A DNA stretch of 64,000 nucleotides, taken from contig JACVGT010000031.1 in the NCBI GenBank assembly GCA_018992685.1, positions 11,631 through 75,630 of the forward strand, written 5' to 3'. Each line of letters begins with the position of its first letter. Within the stretch, counting starts at the first letter, position 1. The position numbers and the translations under genes were made by a program. Source of the stretch: Theionarchaea archaeon. Lineage in GTDB: Archaea > Methanobacteriota_B > Thermococci > Methanofastidiosales > SZ-28-30. Below, in pieces: positions 1-10,584 of this stretch. The notes beneath the pieces are model-generated. The model saw nothing but the letters and a program-made list of their open reading frames with translations. It did no database searches and was not told the DNA's origin.

Positions 1-555
1 CACAGTGCCTCCTATTGCCAAAGGTATTCCGAATATGATTATAACCCAACCTAATACTTTGACACAAGAGTACACAAGATAGTCAAATGTCCAAGCTGCA
101 AAAGGGACATTCCAGTTTCCATCAAGGTAGATCTTGATGATGAACGCAATAAAGATCAAAAACGATATTCCTCCTCCTTCGTTTCTGCTGCGTGAGCGAG
201 TACCGGAGAAAAGATGTTCGCGCTTATATTCCTCCTTCTCCTCATGAGGGAATCTTTCCCACCATAGCCGCCAAACTGCTAGTGCCACTACCAGTACCGG
301 GACTCCGATGAAGAGAACTTCCCAGAAAATCACGCGTAATACAAACGCTACGAGATGTCCCATAGTCCAAAGGTCTAAAGTCGCTGGCACCAGACCAGTC
401 ACCTGAGCTTTTTCCACGAACCACAAATAGACAAGAATTGCACCTATAAATGCCAGAATAACTCCTACGACAAGGAAGACAATCGCTTTCCAATGCTTTT
501 TCAAGAACTTCTTCCAGATCTTCTCACTATTGTCTGACCCAGTTTCTATTGTCAT
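1..555 (-). CDS. Multi-pass membrane protein, partial (runs off the left edge)
   Basis: Not in the ORF track. ATG at 555, open frame to base 1: MTIETGSDNSEKIWKKFLKKHWKAIVFLVVGVILAFIGAILVYLWF..., about 4 hydrophobic segments. Confidence 0.8.
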   Translation of the reverse strand, partial: MTIETGSDNSEKIWKKFLKKHWKAIVFLVVGVILAFIGAILVYLWFVEKAQVTGLVPATLDLWTMGHLVAFVLRVIFWEVLFIGVPVLVVALAVWRLWWERFPHEEKEEYKREHLFSGTRSRSRNEGGGISFLIFIAFIIKIYLDGNWNVPFAAWTFDYLVYSCVKVLGWVIIIFGIPLAIGGTV

Positions 556-897
556 ACATTTCTTCTTCCTTCTTTCTATAAAAGTCTTTCGGGTATTACA
601 TTATTTTTTGTACTGCATCGACAATACAGATAGAGATAAGAAGAGAGATAGACAAGGAGAGGGATAGATCCGTAGAGACGTGACAGGAACCTCAGCATAC
701 CTGGTGAGCGATTCTGGACTACCCCAAGAGAGCTCATCCTGGATAGAGAAGTTCTTGGTCATGGGGTCCCTTCCAACACTCATCAAGTAACGCTTATATA
801 GGAAGTCGTACAGTAAGCCATGAGGAATGATCATGAGTAGCCAAATGATGTGGATACATGACAGACAGGAAGCAGCAGGCAATCAGGTGGTGTAGCT

Positions 898-1827
898 GTG
901 TCTCCATTTCTGATTCTCGGGCTGCTGATTCTTCTAGTAGGGGTTGCGTATGGTGGAGTGTGTTTTCTCTTTTCCAGTCTCATCCTATACTCGCATCGTC
1001 AACCAATTGTTACCACACCACATGCATATGGAATGGACTACGAAGATGTTGCATTCAAGAGTACGGATGGTCTCACTTTGAAAGGATGGTTCATACCAGG
1101 AGAGTCTGGCAAAGCTATCATCATAACCCACCCGTTCCCCTTTAATCGCCATGGGTTTTTGACGAAAAACCAAGGGGTTTTAACCCGATTTAAGACAGAT
1201 GTTGATCTTTTGAAGACCGCCAAGGCGATGCATCAGGCGGGTTTCTCTGTTCTGATGTTTGATTTCAGAAATCACGGCGAAAGTGACAAGGGAATAACTG
1301 GAGTGGGATTGAATGAATACCAGGATGTAGTGGGTGCAGTTACATATGTTACAGGCAGACAGGACGTATCACCCAACATTGGATTTGTCAGCTTTTGCAT
1401 GGGAGCCGATTCCACCATCATTGCACTGAGTAAAGAAAAGGAGCAGTTGAAAAATGTAAAGTGCCTTGTCGCTGTACAGCCAATATCAGTGGCTGTATTT
1501 GTACGGAACTACATCAGGAGCGTGTTTACTCCCCTTGGGCTGATCCTGATCCCCATGGTTGACAGACTGTGTCAGTGGCGTGGTGGTTATGCTTTTGAGA
1601 AGATGTCCCCCCTGCCGTACTGCAAAGATATCTTTGCTCCCACCCTGTACATTCAGGCCAGGACAGATCCCTGGACTGAATTATCAGACATACAGGGGTT
1701 CTATGAAGCTACTCCAGAACCCAAAGAATTCTGGATGATAGAAGGTGCCATGAAAAGATTTGACACGTACAATTACGTGGGCGAACACCCGGAGAAGATA
1801 CTTGATTTTATCAGCCGCTACCTGTAG
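898..1827 (+). CDS. Membrane-anchored alpha/beta hydrolase fold protein
   Basis: N-terminal TM; DGLTLKGWFIP and FDFRNHGESD motifs; nucleophile elbow SFCMG. Confidence 0.85.
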   Translation: MSPFLILGLLILLVGVAYGGVCFLFSSLILYSHRQPIVTTPHAYGMDYEDVAFKSTDGLTLKGWFIPGESGKAIIITHPFPFNRHGFLTKNQGVLTRFKTDVDLLKTAKAMHQAGFSVLMFDFRNHGESDKGITGVGLNEYQDVVGAVTYVTGRQDVSPNIGFVSFCMGADSTIIALSKEKEQLKNVKCLVAVQPISVAVFVRNYIRSVFTPLGLILIPMVDRLCQWRGGYAFEKMSPLPYCKDIFAPTLYIQARTDPWTELSDIQGFYEATPEPKEFWMIEGAMKRFDTYNYVGEHPEKILDFISRYL

Positions 1828-2256
1828 TATCTGGAGGGGAGGCAGAAGTGTGTATGCTTCAATTCACCTGAGCTAGTCCAGTCTTTGACGATTCTCATAA
1901 TACCGGGTATACTCAAGAATGTCTCAGAGAAAAGTGGGGAAAATATCATCTCCTCCTGAAAGGAGATGAGTGAGAATTTGACCCAGAAGATGAGATGAAA
2001 GGAGCCATCATCAGAAGAACCATTATACCAGAGCAACATAATCGAAAGTTCATGCAGTACTTACCGAGAAATACTGCAGTGAAGCCAAGAAACCGGGGAG
2101 GCCTGTTGCTGAAACCAGGATTTGACCCTTCTTTTCGTCCTGTGCTCTCAAGACGGGAGACTACTGAATGTCAAAAGTCAACCCCAGAGCACTTTCTCGT
2201 GCCTTTACATATGTTAATACCTATAACCTTTTAAATGGAATGTGAAACTGAATATC

Positions 2257-3426
2257 ATGACAGAGGTTGTTATTGTATCAGGCGTGAGGACTCCTATTGG
2301 ACGCTTTCGGGGTGGATTAAGCACCCTTTCTGCATGTCAGCTGGGCTCTATTGCTTTGAAAGAAGCTCTAAGAAGGGCAAGTATAGACACCGTTGACGAA
2401 GTGATTATGGGAAACGTAGTATCTGCTGGACTGGGACAGAACCCTGCCAGGCAGGCAGCCATCGGGGCAGGAATTCCAGTAGATGTCAGTTCATTTACTG
2501 TAAATAAGGTGTGTGGATCAGGGTTGAAGGCCGTGATGCTGGCAGCCCAGGCGATTAGGGCAGGGGATGCTGACATTATTGCAGCAGGCGGAATGGAGAG
2601 CATGACAAGGGCCCCATACATGCTTTTCAGTGCACGAGATGGCTATCGTCTGGGAGACGGGAAACTAGTTGACAGCATGGTCCATGATGGTCTCTGGGAC
2701 ATATATAACGATTTTCACATGGGAATAACAGGAGAGATTATTGCAGAGAAATTTGGCATAACAAGAGAAGATGCGGATAAATTATCCGCTGAAAGCCACC
2801 AGAAATCCATAAAGGCCCAGGAAGAAGGCAAATTCAAAGATGAAATTGTTCCCGTTACCTATGAGACCAAGAAAGGCACAGTGACTGTGGATACTGATGA
2901 AGGCCCCAGGAAAGATAGCTCTCTTGAAGCTCTCGCCAGGTTAAGACCCGTGTTCAAGACGGATGGCGTAGTGACAGCGGGGAATGCATCTCAGATCAGT
3001 GACGGAGCATCAGCCGTTGTGGTCATGTCAGAAGAGAAGGCCAAAGAACTGGGATTGGACCCCCTGGCGCGAATTGTGGATTCCTGTGCTGCAGGATTGG
3101 TCCCAGAACTGGTGATGGAAGCTCCCATTCCTTGTATACGGAAGCTGTTCCAGAAGACCGGGACATCCATGAAAGACATCGACCTCTTCGAGCATAATGA
3201 AGCCTTTGCCACTGCTTCCTGTGCTGTGATAAAGGAATTGCAGGTCCCACATGACATTTTCAACGTGCATGGAGGGGCAGTAGCTCTGGGCCACCCCATC
3301 GGGTGCAGCGGTACAAGGATTCTGGTAACCCTGATGTACGCCATGAAGGACAGGGGCGCACGCAGAGGCATTGCCACCTTGTGTCTTGGAGGAGGAAATG
3401 CTGTCGGCATGATGATCGAAACTTAG
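2257..3426 (+). CDS. Acetyl-CoA C-acyltransferase (thiolase)
   Basis: NKVCGSG, NEAFA, GHPIGCSG and CLGGG motifs; ATG at 2257; followed by a T-run. Confidence 0.97.
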   Translation: MTEVVIVSGVRTPIGRFRGGLSTLSACQLGSIALKEALRRASIDTVDEVIMGNVVSAGLGQNPARQAAIGAGIPVDVSSFTVNKVCGSGLKAVMLAAQAIRAGDADIIAAGGMESMTRAPYMLFSARDGYRLGDGKLVDSMVHDGLWDIYNDFHMGITGEIIAEKFGITREDADKLSAESHQKSIKAQEEGKFKDEIVPVTYETKKGTVTVDTDEGPRKDSSLEALARLRPVFKTDGVVTAGNASQISDGASAVVVMSEEKAKELGLDPLARIVDSCAAGLVPELVMEAPIPCIRKLFQKTGTSMKDIDLFEHNEAFATASCAVIKELQVPHDIFNVHGGAVALGHPIGCSGTRILVTLMYAMKDRGARRGIATLCLGGGNAVGMMIET

Positions 3427-3849
3427 TCCCTTTTTTTCTCATTTTCTATGTTTCAAGTTATTCTGAACTGCATAATTGACCATGGTTGACACGGAAGAAA
3501 CTTCCTCGAGTCACTGCTTCCTGGTTGGCCACAGGGCCAAAGCGAGGGTTCCCGGATTCTTCACGTGTCATTCTTGATCTCTGGTTCTCTATCTGGATTT
3601 CTGCCCTCTAAGGAAGACTTTTCGCTTCCTCATGTCTTCCTGTGCCCCAGTCTCAGGTGTTATCCCCCCTTCACTCATTGAAGAGGAATAACAGGCATGA
3701 GTGGCCCTATGCTATCGCCGGGATCAACGCAGGCTTGAACTCTTGTCAGCGTCTTGAAAAGATCCTTGAGCTTCATAGGGCTGACCCATGAGTGCCATGA
3801 AAAGTATTTAAGGAAGGAATAATCACCATGGTAATAGAAAGGGATAATA

Positions 3850-4572
3850 ATGACTGCTATTGAAGTAGTAGACTTGGTAAAGAATTACGCGAACATTGAA
3901 GCACTGCGAGGAATATCATTCATGGTCAATAAAGGCGAGATATTTGGCCTTATCGGACCCAATGGGGCAGGGAAAACCACAACCCTGAGAATTGTAGCTA
4001 CCCTCTTAGAGATCTCATCTGGCATTGTGAGAGTGTTTGGGAACGATGTGAAGAAGGACCCCGAACGGGTGAGGGAAAAAATCAGCTACCTTCCAGAAGA
4101 AGCAGGAGCTTATAAGAACCTGTCTGGAATCGAATACCTAAATTTTATGGCTCAATTCTACACGAATGGGAGAGACATTGAAGAAATGGTAGCGACTGGG
4201 ACTTCTATTTCCGGTCTCGAGGACAGGATCAATGATAAGGTCAGCACCTACAGCAAGGGGATGACCCGGAAATTACTGGTGGCCAGGTCATTGATGATGA
4301 ATCCCCCTCTGGCCATTCTTGATGAACCCACTAGCGGGCTTGATGTTATTAACTCCCAGGAAGTGCGGGGCCTCATCAAGGATCATGCCAGGAAAGGATG
4401 TACGGTATTGCTATCCTCTCATAACATGCTGGAAATAGAATTTCTCTCCAGCAGAGTGGCCCTCATTGGTGAAGGCAGAATACTGGATTCAGGAACTCCT
4501 GGTGAGCTCAAGAACCGGTATAGTGCTCAGAATCTGGAGGAAGTATTCCTGGAGGCGGTCTCCCATGAGTAA
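3850..4572 (+). CDS. ABC exporter ATP-binding subunit (NatA-like)
   Basis: GPNGAGKTT, YSKGM signature, ILDEPT, SSH. Confidence 0.95.
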   Translation: MTAIEVVDLVKNYANIEALRGISFMVNKGEIFGLIGPNGAGKTTTLRIVATLLEISSGIVRVFGNDVKKDPERVREKISYLPEEAGAYKNLSGIEYLNFMAQFYTNGRDIEEMVATGTSISGLEDRINDKVSTYSKGMTRKLLVARSLMMNPPLAILDEPTSGLDVINSQEVRGLIKDHARKGCTVLLSSHNMLEIEFLSSRVALIGEGRILDSGTPGELKNRYSAQNLEEVFLEAVSHE

Positions 4573-5854
4573 ATTCACAGCGATCCTGATTAAAGAGATG
4601 AAAGACTTGCTGAGAGATCCCAAAATCGTCGTGGGGATGATCGTGGTACCCCTGGTGCTGTTTCCAGCCATGGGAGCCATGTTCCGCACAGGGATGAAAT
4701 CAGTAGAAAGTGAAATCCAGATTGGCGTCATGAACCAGGACACCGGCCACTTTTCACAGGAGTTGATCAGGATACTGGAAGACAATCCGGGTGTCAAGCT
4801 GTACCAGCCGCAATCGTCTTCACTGGAGGGAGCAATTCAGGAGGCCCAGACCAACGATGTCAAGGTGCTTCTGGTGATACCACCAGGGTTTTCTGCTGAT
4901 GTTGAGGACACCACAGGGGCAGAAATTGACATGTATGCTGTAGTTGAAGGGCTGGGAATGAGTGAAGTTATCTCCTCATCTCGAGTGGACATGATTATCC
5001 AGGGGATCAACACACAGCTCTCAAGGACCATTATTTCAGAGAAGGTGCCAGATACAGATCCAGGTAATATTCTTCAGCCCATAACTACCAGAGGATATAC
5101 TGTAGTACGAGGAAAGACAGTGAACGTTCCACCTGCAGTTATTGCTGGTCTCGTTTCTTCTCAGTCTTTCATTGTGCCTGTGGTGCTCATGGTGATGATA
5201 ATGTTTGTAGCCCAGATGGCAGCAACCTCCATGGCCACAGAAAAAGAGAACAAGACCCTGGAGACGTTGTTGACCCTGCCGGTGAGCCGTCTCTCTATCC
5301 TGGCAGGCAAAATGGGAGGAACCGCGGTGGTTTCTCTTATTTCTGCTGTGGCATACATCATCGGGTTCAGCACCTACATGTCTGCCTTTCAATTCGGAGA
5401 GGTGGAAAGTGCCCTGTCCCTGAAAGATGTTGGGTTAGCCATAACTCCCGTGGGATTCTTGATGCTTGGGATCAGCATATTCATGGCCGTTCTGGCAGCG
5501 CTGTCACTGTCCATGGTTCTGGCGGTGTTTACTCAGGATGTACGAAGCGCTCAGAGCCTGGTGTCTTTCACCATCATGCCGCTGGTGTTTCCTTCCATGA
5601 TCTTCATATTCGCCGACATGAATTCGCTACCAGTGGCATTGAGATATGTGCTGCTTGCACTGCCCTTTTCTCATCCCACCATTGCTGCCAGTGCTCTAGC
5701 CCTGAAGAATTATGCCATTGTTCTTGGCGGGATTGTCTACCTGGGTGTCTTCACCCTGGTGGTACTGCTCATAGCTGCTCACATGTTCAACACGGAGAGA
5801 GTTGTCACAGCAAAGATTACACTCGGGCGTAAGAAGAGCAAGAGCAAAGGATGA
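4565..5854 (+). CDS. ABC-2 type permease (NatB-like)
   Basis: EKENKTLETLLTLPVSR motif; TM1, soluble domain, then about 5 TMs; start overlaps the ATPase stop region. Confidence 0.92.
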   Translation: MSKFTAILIKEMKDLLRDPKIVVGMIVVPLVLFPAMGAMFRTGMKSVESEIQIGVMNQDTGHFSQELIRILEDNPGVKLYQPQSSSLEGAIQEAQTNDVKVLLVIPPGFSADVEDTTGAEIDMYAVVEGLGMSEVISSSRVDMIIQGINTQLSRTIISEKVPDTDPGNILQPITTRGYTVVRGKTVNVPPAVIAGLVSSQSFIVPVVLMVMIMFVAQMAATSMATEKENKTLETLLTLPVSRLSILAGKMGGTAVVSLISAVAYIIGFSTYMSAFQFGEVESALSLKDVGLAITPVGFLMLGISIFMAVLAALSLSMVLAVFTQDVRSAQSLVSFTIMPLVFPSMIFIFADMNSLPVALRYVLLALPFSHPTIAASALALKNYAIVLGGIVYLGVFTLVVLLIAAHMFNTERVVTAKITLGRKKSKSKG

Positions 5855-5938
5855 ATGGCTGGTCTTTTTCCATCCAATTTTTCCTTCTTCTCCTTTTTTC
5901 CTTTCAGTGCCTTTCTTCAATGAGAAGGAGTGGTCCAT

Positions 5939-6706
5939 TCACCAGGAATTCAAAGCTTCTATTATCTTTCTGTGCAGCACAGGATCAGCACACACCACAC
6001 ATTCTCCTCTGAAGTGTCCACGTTCATCGAAGAACCCATTTGCGAATAGGTGCTTCCCATGCTCATTAGTAAGTATTACGCCCCCTGCCCTGGCAATTAT
6101 GGCTGCTGCTGCAATATCAACAATCCGGGCTTTTTTCCGCAGATCTACCACAGCCTGCAATGTTCCTTCCACCACGTATGAGATTTCCAGAGCCAGAGAC
6201 CCAAGGCATCTCCATGCTTCAACCAGAGGAAGTACCTTCTCAAATTGTGTTCCAATGTACATTGAAGCAATGGATTCGGAGCGGCTCTGAGTGATGATCT
6301 TGCCATTTTTCAAAGGGGTACTGCCTGCAAAAGCTTCGTATATCTCGTGGGTGCACAAGTTCTTCACCAGGCCGTACTGCACGGTTCCAGACAGAGCTAC
6401 AGATACCGAATAGAACGGTATCCCCGTGAGTGCATTCATGGTTCCATCCAGTGGGTCCAGAATAATGACCACATCTCCTTCCCCCCGTATTCCAGATTCT
6501 TCTGTGATGAGGGTATACTCCAGGGATCCCCTCTCGAGATACTCAATGGCTGCATCCTCAGCTATTCTGTCAATCCTTCGGGTGAGCCCCCCTCCCGCAC
6601 TCTCTCCTGCCGGTTCCTGTGCTTCCCGAGTTCCCAGGAGAGGGGCGATTGCCTTTTCGATGAGGGTGGCAATATCCCGTGCAATCCCAGAATAATCATA
6701 TTCCAT
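5939..6706 (-). CDS. Inositol monophosphatase / FBPase family protein
   Basis: ITEESG, LDPLDGTMN, RCLGS and DIAAA motifs. Confidence 0.92.
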   Translation of the reverse strand: MEYDYSGIARDIATLIEKAIAPLLGTREAQEPAGESAGGGLTRRIDRIAEDAAIEYLERGSLEYTLITEESGIRGEGDVVIILDPLDGTMNALTGIPFYSVSVALSGTVQYGLVKNLCTHEIYEAFAGSTPLKNGKIITQSRSESIASMYIGTQFEKVLPLVEAWRCLGSLALEISYVVEGTLQAVVDLRKKARIVDIAAAAIIARAGGVILTNEHGKHLFANGFFDERGHFRGECVVCADPVLHRKIIEALNSW

Positions 6707-6775
6707 GGAGGTTGTTGATCTTCAACCCATATATACATTAACATTTGATGAAAGAGGAAAGAGGGATGCCACAGA

Positions 6776-7633
6776 TCATTTCTGATCCAGATTCCGTATT
6801 CTCGTCCAGATGGTCTTGAGGATTTCCGCAAATTCACTGTCCAGTTCAGTCAAGGTCAATCCTTTGTCCATGGCCTGTGGTATCCTGGTATCGTAAGGTA
6901 GCCTGCCCACAATTGGGATTCTCTTCTGGTGACACCAGGTTTCAATTTCCTGCGCTAGTTCTGTACACAGGTCACACTTGTTAATGAGGACACAACAGGC
7001 AATTGAAAAATGCTTGAGGACCCCATAGATTCTCTCAAGATCATACATTCCGGATCGAGTGGGTTCACTGACAAGCACCGCCAGAGAGGTCCCCACAAGA
7101 GATGCAATGACAGGGCACCCGATCCCGGGAGAACCATCCACCAATATGAGGTCTTTCCCAGCCTCCTCAGCAACAGAAAAAGCCACCTCTCGAACCCTGG
7201 TTACCAGTTTGCCAGAGGCCTCCTCCCCTGTGAAGAGTTCAGCATGCACCAGAGGCCCGAATCGAGTGGTGGATACAAAGACCTCCCCAGTCATTCTCTC
7301 TTCCAGAGTGAGAGCGTTGACAGGGCACACCAGCGTGCAGGCTCCACACCCTTCACATTTCTCCTTGATAACTGCCATTGACCCGTCTATACTGTTAAAC
7401 CTGCAGACTTTCTGACATTCTCCACAGAATGTGCACAATTCCTCATGTTTTACGGCTAGTTTTGAACCAATGAATGATTCTTTCCTTTCCACGGTAGGAT
7501 CCAGCAAGAGGGGCAAATCAGAGGCGTCTACATCACAGTCTGCGAGCGCGGCATTACACAGGCTGGCAAAGGCAACTGTAAGTGTCGTCTTTCCTGTTCC
7601 CCCTTTCCCGGATATGACTGTTATCTCCTTCAT
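6776..7633 (-). CDS. MinD-like P-loop ATPase with inserted 2[4Fe-4S] ferredoxin domain (COG1149)
   Basis: SGKGGTGKT, DCDVD, two CxxCxxCxxxC motifs, PGIGCP. Confidence 0.93.
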   Translation of the reverse strand: MKEITVISGKGGTGKTTLTVAFASLCNAALADCDVDASDLPLLLDPTVERKESFIGSKLAVKHEELCTFCGECQKVCRFNSIDGSMAVIKEKCEGCGACTLVCPVNALTLEERMTGEVFVSTTRFGPLVHAELFTGEEASGKLVTRVREVAFSVAEEAGKDLILVDGSPGIGCPVIASLVGTSLAVLVSEPTRSGMYDLERIYGVLKHFSIACCVLINKCDLCTELAQEIETWCHQKRIPIVGRLPYDTRIPQAMDKGLTLTELDSEFAEILKTIWTRIRNLDQK

Positions 7634-8460
7634 ATAGCATCACCGATTTTCTGGTAGAGAGTCTGAAACTCCCTTTTCCAGGACGGTATTTCCTTGATGA
7701 AGGGTATGCCCTGAGCACACAGTTCTGCTATGGCTCTTTCATGGGGGATTTTCATGAGGACGGGGACGTGTTCCCGTGAACAGTATTCCTCAATAGGGGC
7801 ACACCCCATGCCCCACTTGTTGATAAGCACACCACAGGGAACATCCAGTACCCGTGTCAGGGTCACTGCCATCTTGAGATCATGCAGTCCAAAGGGAGTA
7901 GGCTCTGTCACCAGGAGGCAGAAATCACAGTCAGACACTGTTTCTATGACAGGACATCCGGTTCCAGGAGGAGCATCCAGGATTACTTTTCTGGAGGTGT
8001 CAATAATCTCGGTTACGGCCCGTATCACAGGTGTCGCCAGGGGTTCTCCTACGTTGAGGACACCTCTGACAAACTCCATGGAGGCAAAGGACCCCCGCTC
8101 TAGAGTTCCAATAGCCCTTTTCCGCTCTGAGATAGCATCTTTGGGGCAGACGAGAGTGCAGCCGCCACATCCGTGACAGAGCTGAGAAAACACTGCGCTC
8201 TTCTGAGGAAAGATAGCCAGAGCATTGAACTGGCAAAAGTCAGCGCACGCCCCACACAAAGTGCACTTCTCTATGGCTATATACGGTACAGGAATTGTCA
8301 CATCTCCCACGTGTTCAAGAGGGAGTCGCAGGTATACGTTGCAGTCAGGTTCCTCCACATCGCAGTCTACGAGCTGTACGTTCTCCAGGGACAGGGCCAG
8401 ATTCACAGACACAGTGGTTTTTCCCGTTCCTCCCTTCCCGGATGCCACGGCGATCTTCAT
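7630..8460 (-). CDS. MinD-like P-loop ATPase with inserted ferredoxin domain (COG1149), second paralogue
   Basis: SGKGGTGKT, DCDVEEP, two ferredoxin motifs, PPGTGCP, EPTPFGLHDL. Confidence 0.93.
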   Translation of the reverse strand: MKIAVASGKGGTGKTTVSVNLALSLENVQLVDCDVEEPDCNVYLRLPLEHVGDVTIPVPYIAIEKCTLCGACADFCQFNALAIFPQKSAVFSQLCHGCGGCTLVCPKDAISERKRAIGTLERGSFASMEFVRGVLNVGEPLATPVIRAVTEIIDTSRKVILDAPPGTGCPVIETVSDCDFCLLVTEPTPFGLHDLKMAVTLTRVLDVPCGVLINKWGMGCAPIEEYCSREHVPVLMKIPHERAIAELCAQGIPFIKEIPSWKREFQTLYQKIGDAI

Positions 8461-8665
8461 GAGGTATCACCTGTTACTGTGCCTCCTTGCAGCACAAATG
8501 TTGGTTTGCTTCCTGTGTGGAGTGCGTGCTCTCTGATGGACGATCCCGCATTCCCTGTAGGAATAATGGATGGAGCAATCTCTGCGATATCGAGACTCTT
8601 ACTGGCGCAGCTATGGCTGGAATTATCAGGGTCATAGTATCACACATAAGAGGAAAAAGTGGCCA

Positions 8666-9007
8666 TCACGGTTCTTGCTTGAGCTCTCTCATGCGAGCCT
8701 CGACTGCTTCCAGCTCTTTCTTGATGTTGGCAGCTACCTGTTCCAGATAGGCGATCTCTTCTGTTGGGTCAATCTGGGAAGATGCGTACATGGAAGCAGG
8801 ATAACTGGGAATATGGTAGGGAGGTACAACGTGGCGTGGCATGAAATCAGCTCTCCAAACCCTGCGACATCCTCTTCCTCCTCCCCAGAATCCGTGCCCA
8901 GGCCAGGCATTGGCAAATCCGGGGACACGATATCCGGCACAGTAACCTGCAGCTCTTCCTGTTCTGGGACCCTCTCCTGAGGGTCCAATTCCGTCTCCTC
9001 TTGGCAT
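8666..9007 (-). CDS. DUF5320-like Gly/Arg-rich protein
   Basis: MPRGDGIGPSGEGPRTGRAAGYCAGY start after a GGAGGTGA SD; C-terminal coiled coil. Confidence 0.85.
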   Translation of the reverse strand: MPRGDGIGPSGEGPRTGRAAGYCAGYRVPGFANAWPGHGFWGGGRGCRRVWRADFMPRHVVPPYHIPSYPASMYASSQIDPTEEIAYLEQVAANIKKELEAVEARMRELKQEP

Positions 9008-9011
9008 GACA

Positions 9012-9380
9012 TCACCTCCTTTCGTGTCTGTGCATTTTGCAGGCAGTCTCTTCTGTTGCTTCCTGGAGGATTCCTTCATTGAATAGATCAATGGCATCAT
9101 GGACTGTGCCTGTAGCCCCCGCAAAGACTCTGATCCCGTAGGACTCGAACATGCGAACTGCTCTGGGCCCCAGTCCGGAGCACAGCATGACGTCCACGTG
9201 ATTTCGAGCCAGTTCTTCGGGAGGCTTTCCAGACCCCCCCATGTGTTCACTGGTATTCTCTAAAACCTGCACGAGTTTTGTGGCTGTGTCATACACGGTG
9301 AAAGTGGGAGCTCTTCCGAAATGTGGGCTCACCTCTTCTGCCAGTCCCTTCTTTCCCATGGTAGGTACTCCAATTCTCAT
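9012..9380 (-). CDS. NifB/NifX family (IMoCo-binding-like) protein
   Basis: SPHFGRAPTF and CSGLGPRA motifs. Confidence 0.92.
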   Translation of the reverse strand: MRIGVPTMGKKGLAEEVSPHFGRAPTFTVYDTATKLVQVLENTSEHMGGSGKPPEELARNHVDVMLCSGLGPRAVRMFESYGIRVFAGATGTVHDAIDLFNEGILQEATEETACKMHRHERR

Positions 9381-9384
9381 GGTA

Positions 9385-9753
9385 TCACCCACTGGACTGC
9401 CCGCTGCCCTTGGGCACATTAGATTCAGACAATTCCGGCAGTTCTGCGTTCTTGAATTGAGTTATGACATCTGAAATGACCCCGCTCCCGTTGTAGATTT
9501 TCATTCCAGCGTATTTCAGAGCACTAAATGCATTGGGGCCAAAGTTGTTCCCGATTACAGCATCCACTTCTTCATTGCTCACAATTTGAGAAGCCTGCAC
9601 ACCTGCACCTTTTCCAGCCCGTTCTCCCAGGTTGGGAACTGTATGAAAGTCCATGGTGTCAGTATCTACAATCAAGAAGTATCTGCATCGTCCAAAACGG
9701 GGATCAACTGCAGCTTCCAGAGTTTGATCAGTAGCGGAAATAGCTATTTTAAT
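9385..9753 (-). CDS. NifB/NifX family protein with probable ATT start codon
   Basis: Frame extends 26 codons above the track start: (I)KIAISATDQTLEAAVDPRFGRCRYFLIVD; GAGVQA and GPNA motifs; GGTGA SD 4 nt upstream of ATT. Confidence 0.88.
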   Translation of the reverse strand: MKIAISATDQTLEAAVDPRFGRCRYFLIVDTDTMDFHTVPNLGERAGKGAGVQASQIVSNEEVDAVIGNNFGPNAFSALKYAGMKIYNGSGVISDVITQFKNAELPELSESNVPKGSGQSSG

Positions 9754-10584
9754 CTAATCACCTTCTTTTCTGGTGTTTTCTTCCACCTGTTTCTCAATGG
9801 TGCTCACAACATCACCAAAAGCCTGAGACAGAGAGGTGTTACAGAGCACGAAAGGTGTCCCTTCATCACCACTCTCTGCTATCGCGGTGTCAAGAGGTAT
9901 CTTTCCCAGGAAGGAGACATTCATGTCTGATGCAGCTCTTTCTCCTCCTCCTGATCCAAAGACGTCCACATCCTTTCCACAGTGCGGGCATTGGAAGCCG
10001 CTCATGTTTTCAACAATACCCAAGACAGGCATGTTCAGAATTCTGGCAAAGGTAATGGACTTTCTCACAGAGAGCAAAGCCACGTCCTGGGGAGTGGTAA
10101 CGATTATGACTCCATCAACGTCTGGAATCAACTGGGCAATACTCAGGGGCTCGTCCCCTGTTCCCGGGGGGAGGTCAATAATCAAGTAATCCAGTTCTCC
10201 CCACTGCACCTGCCCCAGAAAATCCTTTACTGCTTTCATCTTTGCAGGGCCCCTCCATATGACAGGCGAGTCTGTGCTGGGCAGCAAGAAGGCCATGGAC
10301 ATGACTTTTACCCGCGGAGGAACAAGAATGGGAATGATTCCTTCCTTGGATAGTTCAGGTGCAGCAGCTGTAATGCCCAGCAGTTTGGGGATGGAAGGCC
10401 CGTGAATGTCACAATCCAGCAATCCTACTGCCTTCCCTCTCACAGAAAGACACAATGCCAGATTGGCTGCTACTGTACTCTTCCCGACTCCGCCCTTTCC
10501 ACTCATTACCAGTATGACAAGCTGGACAGCTTTCAAGTTGTCCTCTATCTCTCTGTCAACAGGGAGGATCTTGCCTGTATTCAT
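9754..10584 (-). CDS. mrp: Mrp/ApbC/NBP35 Fe-S cluster carrier ATPase
   Basis: SGKGGVGKS, DIHGPS, PVIWRG, DLPPGTGD, ENMSGFQCPHC. Confidence 0.96.
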   Translation of the reverse strand: MNTGKILPVDREIEDNLKAVQLVILVMSGKGGVGKSTVAANLALCLSVRGKAVGLLDCDIHGPSIPKLLGITAAAPELSKEGIIPILVPPRVKVMSMAFLLPSTDSPVIWRGPAKMKAVKDFLGQVQWGELDYLIIDLPPGTGDEPLSIAQLIPDVDGVIIVTTPQDVALLSVRKSITFARILNMPVLGIVENMSGFQCPHCGKDVDVFGSGGGERAASDMNVSFLGKIPLDTAIAESGDEGTPFVLCNTSLSQAFGDVVSTIEKQVEENTRKEGD

